A stretch of DNA of 64,000 bases from an uncultured Calditrichaceae bacterium (GTDB lineage Bacteria; Calditrichota; Calditrichia; RBG-13-44-9; J075), in assembly GCA_964471235.1 (NCBI GenBank), contig CAYYGL010000001.1:5315-69314 (forward strand), written 5' to 3'. Positions 39,801-47,823 of the stretch are shown in pieces. The position numbers and the translations under genes were made by a program. How positions within the stretch are numbered: the stretch's first letter is position 1; each line of letters opens with the position of its first letter. The notes beneath the pieces were generated by a model. The model did no database searches. It had not been told where the DNA came from and worked only from the letters and a program-made list of their open reading frames with translations.

Positions 39801-40540
39801 TCTTCGTCCACTTCTCCAGTGGTTGCAACAATCTTCAATTTGGTTAAGCTGGCATCCAACATCCAAATGATACAGATTGGAACGGAAAGTAATTCGGAGG
39901 CTTTTTCAGAAACTATTTGTAAAAATTCATGAGGTGTTAAATTCTGCAATTCACGGGATAATGAATACAATATGCTTAGAGTTCTTTCCAACATTCGTAG
40001 ATAATCAAACCTTTCAATAGTCAACACAGCATGTCTAGCAAAAGATTCGAGAAGATGAATTTCATCCGGGGGAAATTTCTGTAGTGTGTTGGAAAAATGA
40101 TTAAAATAGCCGATGAGATGATTGTCACTTTTTAAAGGGTATGATAAAACTGATTGTAAATCATACCTTACGGCTATTTTGGGATTAGCTACACCTTGAC
40201 CAGATTTTTGTAGATTATACTTCTCTATAATTTCTCCGGAAGCGAATAAATTATAATCAAGAGAAGTCGATTTACCTGATGAACTGTTTGTTCTGGTATT
40301 CCTGAACGTGTAATATGCATATTTTTTAAAATGATTATCAAAACCGGCACAGGCGGCAAGTTTCAAAGTCTTGGTTTCTTGATCAATAAGAATGAGTGTG
40401 CAGGCGTGGGAATGAAGGGCTTTTTTACCCAATTCTGTTAGTCGATTCAGTGCCGACGCTTTATCTTTATATAGAATCGGTACTTTACTTAACTCATTTA
40501 TGAGATCTACAAAATCGATTTGTTGAGTAGAGGTCCCCAT
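36788..40540 (-). CDS. Sensor histidine kinase with multiple tandem GAF domains (about five) and C-terminal HisKA + HATPase_c
   Basis: 1250 aa with repeated GAF-like modules. It carries an H-box (…QHEFNSALGGI…), N-box NLLTNAIKYA, G1 DWGIGI and G2 GTGLGLPI. There is no TM segment, so it is cytoplasmic. Confidence 0.85.
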   Translation of the reverse strand: MGTSTQQIDFVDLINELSKVPILYKDKASALNRLTELGKKALHSHACTLILIDQETKTLKLAACAGFDNHFKKYAYYTFRNTRTNSSSGKSTSLDYNLFASGEIIEKYNLQKSGQGVANPKIAVRYDLQSVLSYPLKSDNHLIGYFNHFSNTLQKFPPDEIHLLESFARHAVLTIERFDYLRMLERTLSILYSLSRELQNLTPHEFLQIVSEKASELLSVPICIIWMLDASLTKLKIVATTGEVDEEYKQLELDIHFPGIQQHLTGKKVGYLEDVTKPNSMYSHPREAKQRGWISLLSAPMWFGEEKLIGMLNLYTKTKRHFKVWEKELFGIFANHAAFSIQKAELMRESQILRYQSQLLDTSAEISYENVDAGEFQQKLSRIVETCAKITNADSCCLRIWNKATNRLELKAIYPRIGTQIQHSFPIEKGIAGYVAKTKKPYYCRNASTDPKYGGFNIGDSIYCAPIKSGDAVIATVSVGKSKPDAFNSDDFPSLLKVLQKVALAIEQAMLNDILLQLPELMTHLESLDVLLKKVVNLTQDLMSEPICIVWLHDKNKDGFVVSEYSIPEGQGAPLKDLVLRNDSKCLTRFLLKNKPYYLEDASVIETHPYYRLVKNLGWKSMLAMPLSYGKKVIGIIEVYSFQHERHFTKWHKNIFKTLALQTSVAIENLNSRRRFQKLNKVIKQMAETRDVNELLRLVLDEGLKLVDSERGWVSRLDFKTGLLHLVEYSGSPPRKHSLKLGRGITGKALSAERPIRVGNVHSSEWKDIYVKCWDDTRSELAVPIVISNAEVRVGKEIRWGSKPIGVLNIESPALNAFSKSDEVILWSLARHAAIMFEKLDFDQKLTQMAQFEKEIVGTSDRTEIVQIVSKAITETLGYEYVNISFVIPELNRIQTEYVVGIPDEEKEIFKQLAIHSLNSNDIQADVVRNRQIEAPGSDDKRYDTHIYKRFHHDRLLRVYIPMIATAKKNQVMGTVEAGYQKGYRKYIYERDVQILKGLVEYSVKALEQHRQLLLEKIQHEFNSALGGIRSNTSFLKRRLPNLPSHLYKAKLDDILTDCEILKLKIEEIQHLLGGESPSSKKERTIVYRDIIIKSIKQFNPLVVGKGLDYKKIYFNVKDAHKIKIYVNRSKLNSVVHNLLTNAIKYAEDDPEKFAIRIDLDEDREYYIIKFKDWGIGIRKSYEEKIFEEGYRTPEAINKDVAGTGLGLPIAKKTMQELGGDLILKNRYKPTEFHVLIPKRLKEFPHDTFR

Positions 40541-40617
40541 GCTAGAATCCTCCTTCGGACTGGGGAATAGCTCAAATAAAAAAGTAGTAAAACTGCATTT
40601 TCCCCATATCCGACCTA

Positions 40618-41397
40618 TCAGTTACCAGGGAAAATTAAAGGTAGTTCAACATTAAGTTGGTTTGTAGTTGTTGAAAACGTACCAACTTTTATCTTAAGCG
40701 AATCAAATTCAAAAAAGACACTTAATCCTTCAGAATCGGTTCCCGTTAAATTCTGATTTGGTATTAATAGATGAAGGGTTAACTTACCCTTTTCGTCAAT
40801 GGAAAATCGTACAATTTGAAAGTGGATGTCACAGTGTGTAATTTCCGTCACGACACGTACTTTGATATGATGGGGAATAAAACATCTATCATCTAAAATT
40901 TTTTCTTTCTGCAAATGATAAATCCTGGCACTTGCTACACGCATTACCGGAAAAGGGGTTGGTTCTACATCAGAGATTGGTTCTACATCAGAGAATAGAG
41001 AGCTTGTAGTAGATTCGCATACTAACCATTTATAAACTTCATGTAATATTTCCCTGGCAGATGTGTCATTTTGTTTTGCGCGGTTTATCAAATCGATTAG
41101 ACTACTTTTTCTTGCTTCGTTTAGTTTTTCAGCCATTTCAATTTGTTCAACTGTTTTTTCCGCAAGTGATTCAATTTCCCTTTGCGAGAAAGTCGGTTCT
41201 TTTTCAGATTTAAATGGCTCAAATAATAACTCGCCTGCAACTTCCGTTTGAATCGCCTTTGCAATCTGTTTTCGAAGTTTCGGATACCTACCAAAATAAT
41301 AATCAATGTTTTTAGATCCACCAGAACGTTTTGCCCTGATGTATTCATCGACGATTTTAGTAATCTTATCAGGTTTATAGACACTATTCCGGCTCAT
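40618..41397 (-). CDS. Hypothetical protein overlapping the sigma-factor stop (candidate anti-sigma / partner protein)
   Basis: The 14-nt overlap with the sigma-like gene is typical of sigma/anti-sigma pairs. It contains a perfect 18-bp tandem duplication (40959-40994, SDVEP repeat) and no recognised domain. Confidence 0.4.
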   Translation of the reverse strand: MSRNSVYKPDKITKIVDEYIRAKRSGGSKNIDYYFGRYPKLRKQIAKAIQTEVAGELLFEPFKSEKEPTFSQREIESLAEKTVEQIEMAEKLNEARKSSLIDLINRAKQNDTSAREILHEVYKWLVCESTTSSLFSDVEPISDVEPTPFPVMRVASARIYHLQKEKILDDRCFIPHHIKVRVVTEITHCDIHFQIVRFSIDEKGKLTLHLLIPNQNLTGTDSEGLSVFFEFDSLKIKVGTFSTTTNQLNVELPLIFPGN

Positions 41398-42388
41398 GTT
41401 TGTCCTGCTTATTATTTCCGATAATAACTTCCTTCTCTAAAAAATTATAAATTTTACGACGAACTAGATGAGCATTTTTCGTATCCCCGGCTATTTGGGC
41501 ATACGTCTTCAAATGTAGGAAATGTTGGGTTGCTTTAGCGGAGGCAGAATTCGTTGAGACCGAGGTAAAAGAAATTACAATTTTTCTATTTGAATATGCA
41601 GAAAACCATTTTTTTTCAAATTCCAGCGCGTTTTTTAATGCTTGGTGGTTCCCGTCTATTACTGGGAATAAGTCTTTCAAATCATTCATCGACAGAATTT
41701 TAGCAGTTCGTAAGGATTGGCAATATTCATCAAGAATATCGGTAATTATAATATCTTGTAATTTTTTTTGAGCTCTCTGTGTCCTTTTGCGAATCGTCGC
41801 TGGGTTGATATCTTGAAACACATAAGCGATTTCTTCATAGGTAAATTCTTCACAAAATCGAAGCAATAACAAACTCCTGTCCTGATGAGGAAGACGTTTC
41901 AGAAAATTATTTAATTGGATTTTTTTTCTATCTTGTAAATCATTATGTACAGTATATGCAAGGGGTTGATTTTCTAACTCCCCCTCAACCATTTCTTTTT
42001 CAATATCCCGATCACGAAAGTTGGGATTATCTAAAGATATTACGATCAGATGTGGTTTTCTTTTTCGGGCGGTAAGGATTTGTTTATTACAAATCCAATA
42101 CAACCATTTCTTAAAATTAGTACCCAACTCAGTTTCGTCTATATCTTCAGGTATAGTAAAAACCTCACGTGCTTTCCATGCCTGAAGAAAAGTCGCCTGT
42201 AATATTTTACTGGTATCAAACTTATCAAATCCTGATCTGGTAATAAAATTCTCCAATTCTGCACCGTATTTTTTAAACAGATAAGCAAAGCACTGTTTGT
42301 CACCTTCCTTAAAGCCCCTAATTATCTCAATTAAGGACATAGGCGTTCTCCAATGTTGTATTTTGATCCACTTGCCTGAACCCCACAT
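41384..42388 (-). CDS. ECF-type sigma-70 family factor with ~130-aa C-terminal extension
   Basis: Region-2-like FLQAWKAREVF and region-4 HTH LLLLRFCEEFTYEEIAYVFQDINPATIRKRTQRAQKKL. The start is possibly at an internal Met. Confidence 0.6.
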   Translation of the reverse strand: MWGSGKWIKIQHWRTPMSLIEIIRGFKEGDKQCFAYLFKKYGAELENFITRSGFDKFDTSKILQATFLQAWKAREVFTIPEDIDETELGTNFKKWLYWICNKQILTARKRKPHLIVISLDNPNFRDRDIEKEMVEGELENQPLAYTVHNDLQDRKKIQLNNFLKRLPHQDRSLLLLRFCEEFTYEEIAYVFQDINPATIRKRTQRAQKKLQDIIITDILDEYCQSLRTAKILSMNDLKDLFPVIDGNHQALKNALEFEKKWFSAYSNRKIVISFTSVSTNSASAKATQHFLHLKTYAQIAGDTKNAHLVRRKIYNFLEKEVIIGNNKQDKHEPE

Positions 42389-42710
42389 CCCTATACCGGG
42401 AAGGCTGTAAATACGTTATTCCTTCCGTGGAGAGTTATGTTTAAAACTCGGTCTGGAAATTACTCATGAAGTATAATGTTATTGTTTTTTTAAAATACAC
42501 TCTTCCCAAAGAAAGAAAAAGAAAAAATACTTTTTACAACTACTTTATAACTATCAACTACTTTTTATTATGTGTGACATATTTTGTAGTATTATTTTTT
42601 TATTTTCCCTTATTCATCTAATCTTAATCCATTTCTGTGGGAATCAGTCCCATCCGTGAAAAATAAGACTATAATTAATATAGAGTATGTAAAATGGGGA
42701 AGGAGCGTAT

Positions 42711-42971
42711 ATGTTCTTAGAAGGTTCATTCAGAAGTTTTTTGGCAGGAAATATTTTTGGGTTGCTTTGGGGCTTCTCCGGTGTTATCGGGAGACGACTT
42801 TTGCAGATTTTTTTTGCTGTCTGTGTAATTGTGGTTATTGTTTTTATTGTTTTTGAGGGAATGGATGATGTCGTAAGTCTTTTCGAGTGGATGTTTGACC
42901 AATTACTAAATTATGTATACTTTGCCATGGGCGTAGTGAATGGTATGTTGATCTCCTATCGGCGCACATGA
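42711..42971 (+). CDS. Possible small hydrophobic protein (86 aa) in the AT-rich leader region, opposite strand
   Basis: Two predicted TM helices. It lies inside a ~700-bp AT-rich non-coding stretch and could be spurious. Confidence 0.2.
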   Translation: MFLEGSFRSFLAGNIFGLLWGFSGVIGRRLLQIFFAVCVIVVIVFIVFEGMDDVVSLFEWMFDQLLNYVYFAMGVVNGMLISYRRT

Positions 42972-43094
42972 AAGTTTGTTAGTTCTAGGTGTTATACTGG
43001 AGTGTGATGGAAGTGTTTTTGCTATCGTAACCTCTTTTGAAATACAATTTTTTCCATTGAGAAATTCCAGAGTTCCAGTCAACAGTATCGCTGT

Positions 43095-45806
43095 TCAAAA
43101 CACAGGCTGACTGCTTTCTTTCATCACTCCTTCAATACTCTCCACACCCGCTAAAGCACAATCGCCATTGATAAAAACACGCCTGTCGGAATATTCCCGG
43201 AGAATGTCGGTAAGAAACTGTTTCTCTGCCTCATAATCCAGGTTGTCTGCCACACGCCAGATTGTGACAACCGGCTGTTCTTGCAGTTTCCCGGTTACAA
43301 ATAAATATCGACGGTTCTGATGGGGGCGAGCAAACACCTGTTCCACCTCTATCCCCAGCCAATTTACAAATGTTTGCACCAGGTCGATTGTGGCGGTTGA
43401 GGAACCCCCGGCGCGGAACAAATTCAACTTGTATTCAAACGGATTGCGCATTCGGTTGATATTCAAAAACGTTGGGCTTTGCCGGGTCTCGCTGGAGAGC
43501 ATATACCGGACGGTGTAGTCCGGCAACTCAGTTAACATGTTCGAAGAATTGCCAAATGTTATGTTTTCAAGCGCATCTTCAAATTGTTCCAATCCCTGGT
43601 AACAGAAAAACCCGCCGCCTTCCCATCCTAAATCCCGGGAAATTTTTCCCGGATCGCCATGCAGCACTTTTTTCATTCGCGGTAAGATGACCGAGTAAAA
43701 ATGCTCTCCCATCTCCACCCCCACCCATTTTCGTTTCATTTTCTGCGCTACGGCAATCGTAGTGCCGGAACCCAGGAAGAAATCCATCACCCATTCCCCG
43801 GGCATGGTGGAAGATTCTATCACACGTTGCAGTAAGGCTTCGGCATTTTCGGTGGCAAAATGATGCCGTTGGGCATACCCGGGAATGTCCAACCACTCAT
43901 TGCCGACCATCTCGCTATCATATAACAACTCCGGCACTCCTTTTATCGTATTCCCGAAGCAATCCACATAACTTTTTTCCGGGTTGATACGCACTTTATT
44001 GCGGGCGATCAGCCGGTCGATTCGCTGCTGAGAAAGCGCCCAGCGGCGGTTCCGCGGGGGATAATAGGTTCTTCCCAGTATTTTCCGGGGACGCTCATCC
44101 TTGCGGGGAAAATGGAGCAGAGGGTACCAGCGCGGGGGGGTCGGGCGTTCCACCGGGTTCGGCTTAAACCGGGGGGATTTGGCATATAAAAACAGAGTCT
44201 CGGTTTTCACGGTAAACTGGGTATCCACCTGCTGTTTTGCCAGGGTGCGATTCACGATAATCTCATTGCGGAAATTATCTTTCCCGAAAAGACGGTCCAA
44301 CATCAAACGGGCATACATGGTTCCATTGTAGTCGCAACGCAGAAACAAGCAGCCATCGGACCGCAGTGATGAATGAGCCAGACTTACCCGGTTCTCCAAC
44401 ATGGTTATCCAGGTGGAATCTTTATACCCCACTTTATACAGGTAATCCGCTTCCTGTTCTTTATTAAAGGGGGGATCAATATAGATGCATTTGATTTTCT
44501 CTTTCAAAAGCGGTGAAATGGTATTTAAGGCAGTCCAGTTTTCACTGTTCCATACGTAACCATCAATGATGTCGGCTAACCGATGGTTTGCTGATAGTCC
44601 TTCCAAAAGCTTTACCTTAAACGACTCATCGAAGAAACGGGTATCAATCGGAAGGTGCTGCCATGTTGGTTGATATAGCAACATTTCCAGTGTTTCCCGT
44701 ACCTCGCTGTCGAAGTGAAAACCGAATAAATCCCGCCATTCCCTTAATTGTGCTGTATTATCGGCAAGCTGTTCTACCACCCACCCCCACAGGTCATTGC
44801 CAGCATAGTGTTGAATGTGGCTGAGGCTGATGACATAATCTGTGCTGAGCACGAAACTTCTTTTCTCCCAGACCTGTTTTTGAAAATCCTCGATTTGCCC
44901 CAGCATTTCAATGACTTTAGCAGCAATGGTATGTACGATCGTTGCCAGATGAAGTTGATAGCGAAGATTGCTCTCGGTCAGAGTGGGGAAATTGTCAAAA
45001 TTGAAAATCTCGGATTTGATATAAAAATCCAATTCGGTTATCAGAAAATTTGCCAGATCCTTGTGGATGAAATAATCCTGTTCATTTTTTCGGGTAAAAC
45101 GGGATAAGTGCTCCGCCAATGTTCTCAGGAAATCATCCGCTACATTGCCGGGTAGGGGGAGTTGGGGGAGTGAGTTTCGAAAAGCTTCCAGAACAGAGGC
45201 ATTGATGTGTTTCTGGGTGATTTTTCCGAAATGCTCCCTCTCCGCTTCTTTCGGGGATCGAAATTCAAAGTAAAAATGAAGTTGGTTTTCCTGAATTTCC
45301 CATGCCGGCCGGGAAAGGAAAAAATATTGTTTATGAGTGCTTTTTATGTTCCCATGAAAAGCCTCTGCCTGCACGATCCGAAATGAGATTTCCCATCCAT
45401 CGTGGGTAAAGCGGTAGCTCTGGAAAAACGGGCTGGATTTAATAAAATACTGATCGTGATTGATCCAGTAGAAGGCAATTTCTTCCCCGTTATAAGGCAG
45501 GATGTACTTATGTTTTTTGCCATAACGCCGTTGGGGAATAAAATCTCCCCCATGATAATAGCGAGAGAAAAAACGAATGAGGTGATTGTAGACCTCGCCC
45601 TCCGGTTCAGCAGCTTTCGGGGCGTCCCGGGTGAGTTTCGGTAAATGCTCCTGAATAAATCCAACCAGATCCTGATTGATAAAGCGCAGAATTTCTTCCC
45701 GCCGATAGCGGATGATTCGATAGATTCCGAAATCCAGATCCGGTTCATTCAGATAGAAAAGGGATTGCAACAGGTTCAAAAATTGTTCTCGGAGAGGTTC
45801 GCTCAT
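43095..45806 (-). CDS. Beta-class N6-adenine/N4-cytosine DNA methyltransferase (type III Mod-like) with 440-aa N-terminal extension of unknown function
   Basis: Motif IV IYIDPPF precedes motif I WVMDFFLGSGTT (beta permutation), with ~240 aa between them as a putative TRD. The N-terminal 440 aa have no recognised motif. 903 aa. Confidence 0.8.
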   Translation of the reverse strand: MSEPLREQFLNLLQSLFYLNEPDLDFGIYRIIRYRREEILRFINQDLVGFIQEHLPKLTRDAPKAAEPEGEVYNHLIRFFSRYYHGGDFIPQRRYGKKHKYILPYNGEEIAFYWINHDQYFIKSSPFFQSYRFTHDGWEISFRIVQAEAFHGNIKSTHKQYFFLSRPAWEIQENQLHFYFEFRSPKEAEREHFGKITQKHINASVLEAFRNSLPQLPLPGNVADDFLRTLAEHLSRFTRKNEQDYFIHKDLANFLITELDFYIKSEIFNFDNFPTLTESNLRYQLHLATIVHTIAAKVIEMLGQIEDFQKQVWEKRSFVLSTDYVISLSHIQHYAGNDLWGWVVEQLADNTAQLREWRDLFGFHFDSEVRETLEMLLYQPTWQHLPIDTRFFDESFKVKLLEGLSANHRLADIIDGYVWNSENWTALNTISPLLKEKIKCIYIDPPFNKEQEADYLYKVGYKDSTWITMLENRVSLAHSSLRSDGCLFLRCDYNGTMYARLMLDRLFGKDNFRNEIIVNRTLAKQQVDTQFTVKTETLFLYAKSPRFKPNPVERPTPPRWYPLLHFPRKDERPRKILGRTYYPPRNRRWALSQQRIDRLIARNKVRINPEKSYVDCFGNTIKGVPELLYDSEMVGNEWLDIPGYAQRHHFATENAEALLQRVIESSTMPGEWVMDFFLGSGTTIAVAQKMKRKWVGVEMGEHFYSVILPRMKKVLHGDPGKISRDLGWEGGGFFCYQGLEQFEDALENITFGNSSNMLTELPDYTVRYMLSSETRQSPTFLNINRMRNPFEYKLNLFRAGGSSTATIDLVQTFVNWLGIEVEQVFARPHQNRRYLFVTGKLQEQPVVTIWRVADNLDYEAEKQFLTDILREYSDRRVFINGDCALAGVESIEGVMKESSQPVF

Positions 45807-45892
45807 ACCGGGTCAAGTTTATAGAGTTAACGTAGTTAAAATGCACAAAGGGAAGCCGATGGTGCTAAAACCCAGCGTTATGCCGTAGAATT

Positions 45893-46693
45893 TTACTCGG
45901 AATCGGATGACGTATCAACCAAATTGTTATCCGAATGCCGGTTTTCCGGGGTAACACGCCGTACCGACAGGGATTCCATATTCCCAATTACAATGTGGAA
46001 AACACCTTGTTCCTGTAATGCCCTTGCCAGTTGGATAGCCCGATTTTCCAGACGAATGTTCTCTACACCGGCAATAAAGAGCACCGTTTGCCAGTTCTGC
46101 CGGAACATTCTGCCCATCCCCCATGCCGTATTGGTAAAATATTCTACCAAAATTTCCTGAGAAAGGGTGCGGGCGTCCGGGAATTTTTTCCGGATTGCCT
46201 GAATAACATTTGGGGTAAATCCTTCAAGGGGTTGATCAACATGCAGGATATTGAAATAATAAACCAGTTGATGCCAGGGAGCGTGTTTTATCCAAGTCGT
46301 GATCTGATTTTTGTCACAAAATATTCGATTGCTTCCATTGGAAACATCATACAGTAGATAGTAATGCTCCGGTAGGCGCTTTTTCAAGTCTGCTACATCG
46401 GAAAAATTAAATCCGATAATCGAATCCCTCTGTACCGCTTTTCCGGCATGAATGACAGGATGCCGGGCAAATTCCTTCCGAAGTTGAGATAATAGAAGGG
46501 AGTTATCCTTACCGATAATCAATTCACCGATGATGGAAAGTTTACGAAATTCAGGGGAGGAAATGATCACCCGTTTTTGCATTCGGGAAATTTCTTCACT
46601 CAACCGATGAATAAGAGATAACCGCTTCTTTTCTCCACAAAAGGCAATGATCCGGCTGTCAGAGTTCACTAAAATACTTCGGTAAAAAAGCAT
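45893..46693 (-). CDS. Hypothetical protein (266 aa) immediately upstream of the methyltransferase
   Basis: A co-directional ORF 86 nt upstream of the MTase with no recognised motifs. Its position is compatible with a divergent restriction-enzyme-like or specificity partner, but unsupported. Confidence 0.45.
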   Translation of the reverse strand: MLFYRSILVNSDSRIIAFCGEKKRLSLIHRLSEEISRMQKRVIISSPEFRKLSIIGELIIGKDNSLLLSQLRKEFARHPVIHAGKAVQRDSIIGFNFSDVADLKKRLPEHYYLLYDVSNGSNRIFCDKNQITTWIKHAPWHQLVYYFNILHVDQPLEGFTPNVIQAIRKKFPDARTLSQEILVEYFTNTAWGMGRMFRQNWQTVLFIAGVENIRLENRAIQLARALQEQGVFHIVIGNMESLSVRRVTPENRHSDNNLVDTSSDSE

Positions 46694-46786
46694 ATTTGAG
46701 TAGTTCCTGTTAACTTACATTAACCTGTCCTGCGGGTGTAAAACCAAACTTTTCCGCCTGATGTTTCCTGACGAGAGGTAACCGTT

Positions 46787-47212
46787 TTAAGCATGCCTTC
46801 CTGGCAGCACTTTTAATCCCAGTTCCTGAAAAGAGGCTTTGGTCGTGAATATGTTCCGGATTCGGCGCCGATTCATGAACATATAAGCCGCGTAATCATA
46901 GAGGTTCAAATCCAACTCCGGATGCTTTCTCATCAGTCTCACCGCTTCCCGCTGGGTTTTTCTACCTACCCACAGGATATGTAGGTGTGTTCCGGTATAC
47001 GCTTCTTCAATAGTTTCGTAAAATTTAAAAGCCACCGACAGATTCAGATTGTTTTTCAGGGTGTCAAACGCCATCCCGATAGAAATATTATGGGTAAAAA
47101 AACTGTCACCCTGGTTTAGCATTTGTTGAAATGCTTCTTCAAATACATCATGGTGCTCTGCGGCCGGATTTATCAATTGAACCCAGCCGGTGTCGTCAAT
47201 AAATATCTTCAT
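46787..47212 (-). CDS. vapC: PIN-domain toxin (VapC-like)
   Basis: N-terminal MKIFIDDTG acidic start, ~140 aa. Its ATG overlaps the stop of the upstream AbrB-type gene (ATGA). Confidence 0.55.
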   Translation of the reverse strand: MKIFIDDTGWVQLINPAAEHHDVFEEAFQQMLNQGDSFFTHNISIGMAFDTLKNNLNLSVAFKFYETIEEAYTGTHLHILWVGRKTQREAVRLMRKHPELDLNLYDYAAYMFMNRRRIRNIFTTKASFQELGLKVLPGRHA

Positions 47213-47424
47213 TCCGATTCTGATTTTTGGAGTTTTCCAGCCAGACCAATTAATTGATAAAGGGGATTTTCCGAGAGGATTAAATCCAGGCGCCCGGATT
47301 TAATCTTTTTTATTGACACCTCCACCCGATCCCCCGATTCTAATCGTAATTTTTGCCGCACTTCCTGAGGCAGTATAATGCTTTTATCTTCCTGAATCTG
47401 GGTTACAAACGTTGCAAATTTCAT
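47209..47424 (-). CDS. vapB: AbrB/SpoVT-type antitoxin (VapB-like)
   Basis: A 71-aa product starts at MKFATF with the RBS GAAGGGGA. The swapped-hairpin-like ILPQEVRQKLRLESGDRVEV is typical of AbrB/MazE-fold antitoxins. Confidence 0.55.
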   Translation of the reverse strand: MKFATFVTQIQEDKSIILPQEVRQKLRLESGDRVEVSIKKIKSGRLDLILSENPLYQLIGLAGKLQKSESE

Positions 47425-47823
47425 AAATTCCCCTTCAGTGTATCCACATGTTCCCCTGATCTGAACATCAGGAGATCTCTCCCTGTCCTGACTTATGAAC
47501 ATTCTGAAAAACAAAAAAAATTAGCAATCTTTACTTCCGGTTACAAGACATTTCTATACTTGCAGTTGAATACCTTGTGGGTTCTCATTCGGAACTCAAC
47601 CATTCCATGTCCACACGCAAGAAGGTTGTCCTGGTTAATAAATGCAAAAAAGGAGAGATATTTGAGAAATATATCAACAACCTTACTTTGGATTTGTGAA
47701 CGAGACCAACATACCCCCAGTTGAAAAATGCCTTGGGAATTCATACCAACCGAAGTATCTTCGATAATTAGAAAACAACCACGAGTTTTCCTTGTTTACT
47801 CGGAGTGAGAGGAGAGTAATGAG

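Noticed and set aside
31204-47514. Integrase, transposase or recombinase marking island boundaries
   Set aside because: None of the ORFs shows tyrosine/serine recombinase or DDE motifs, and there is no tRNA at either edge. Island status rests only on composition and gene content.
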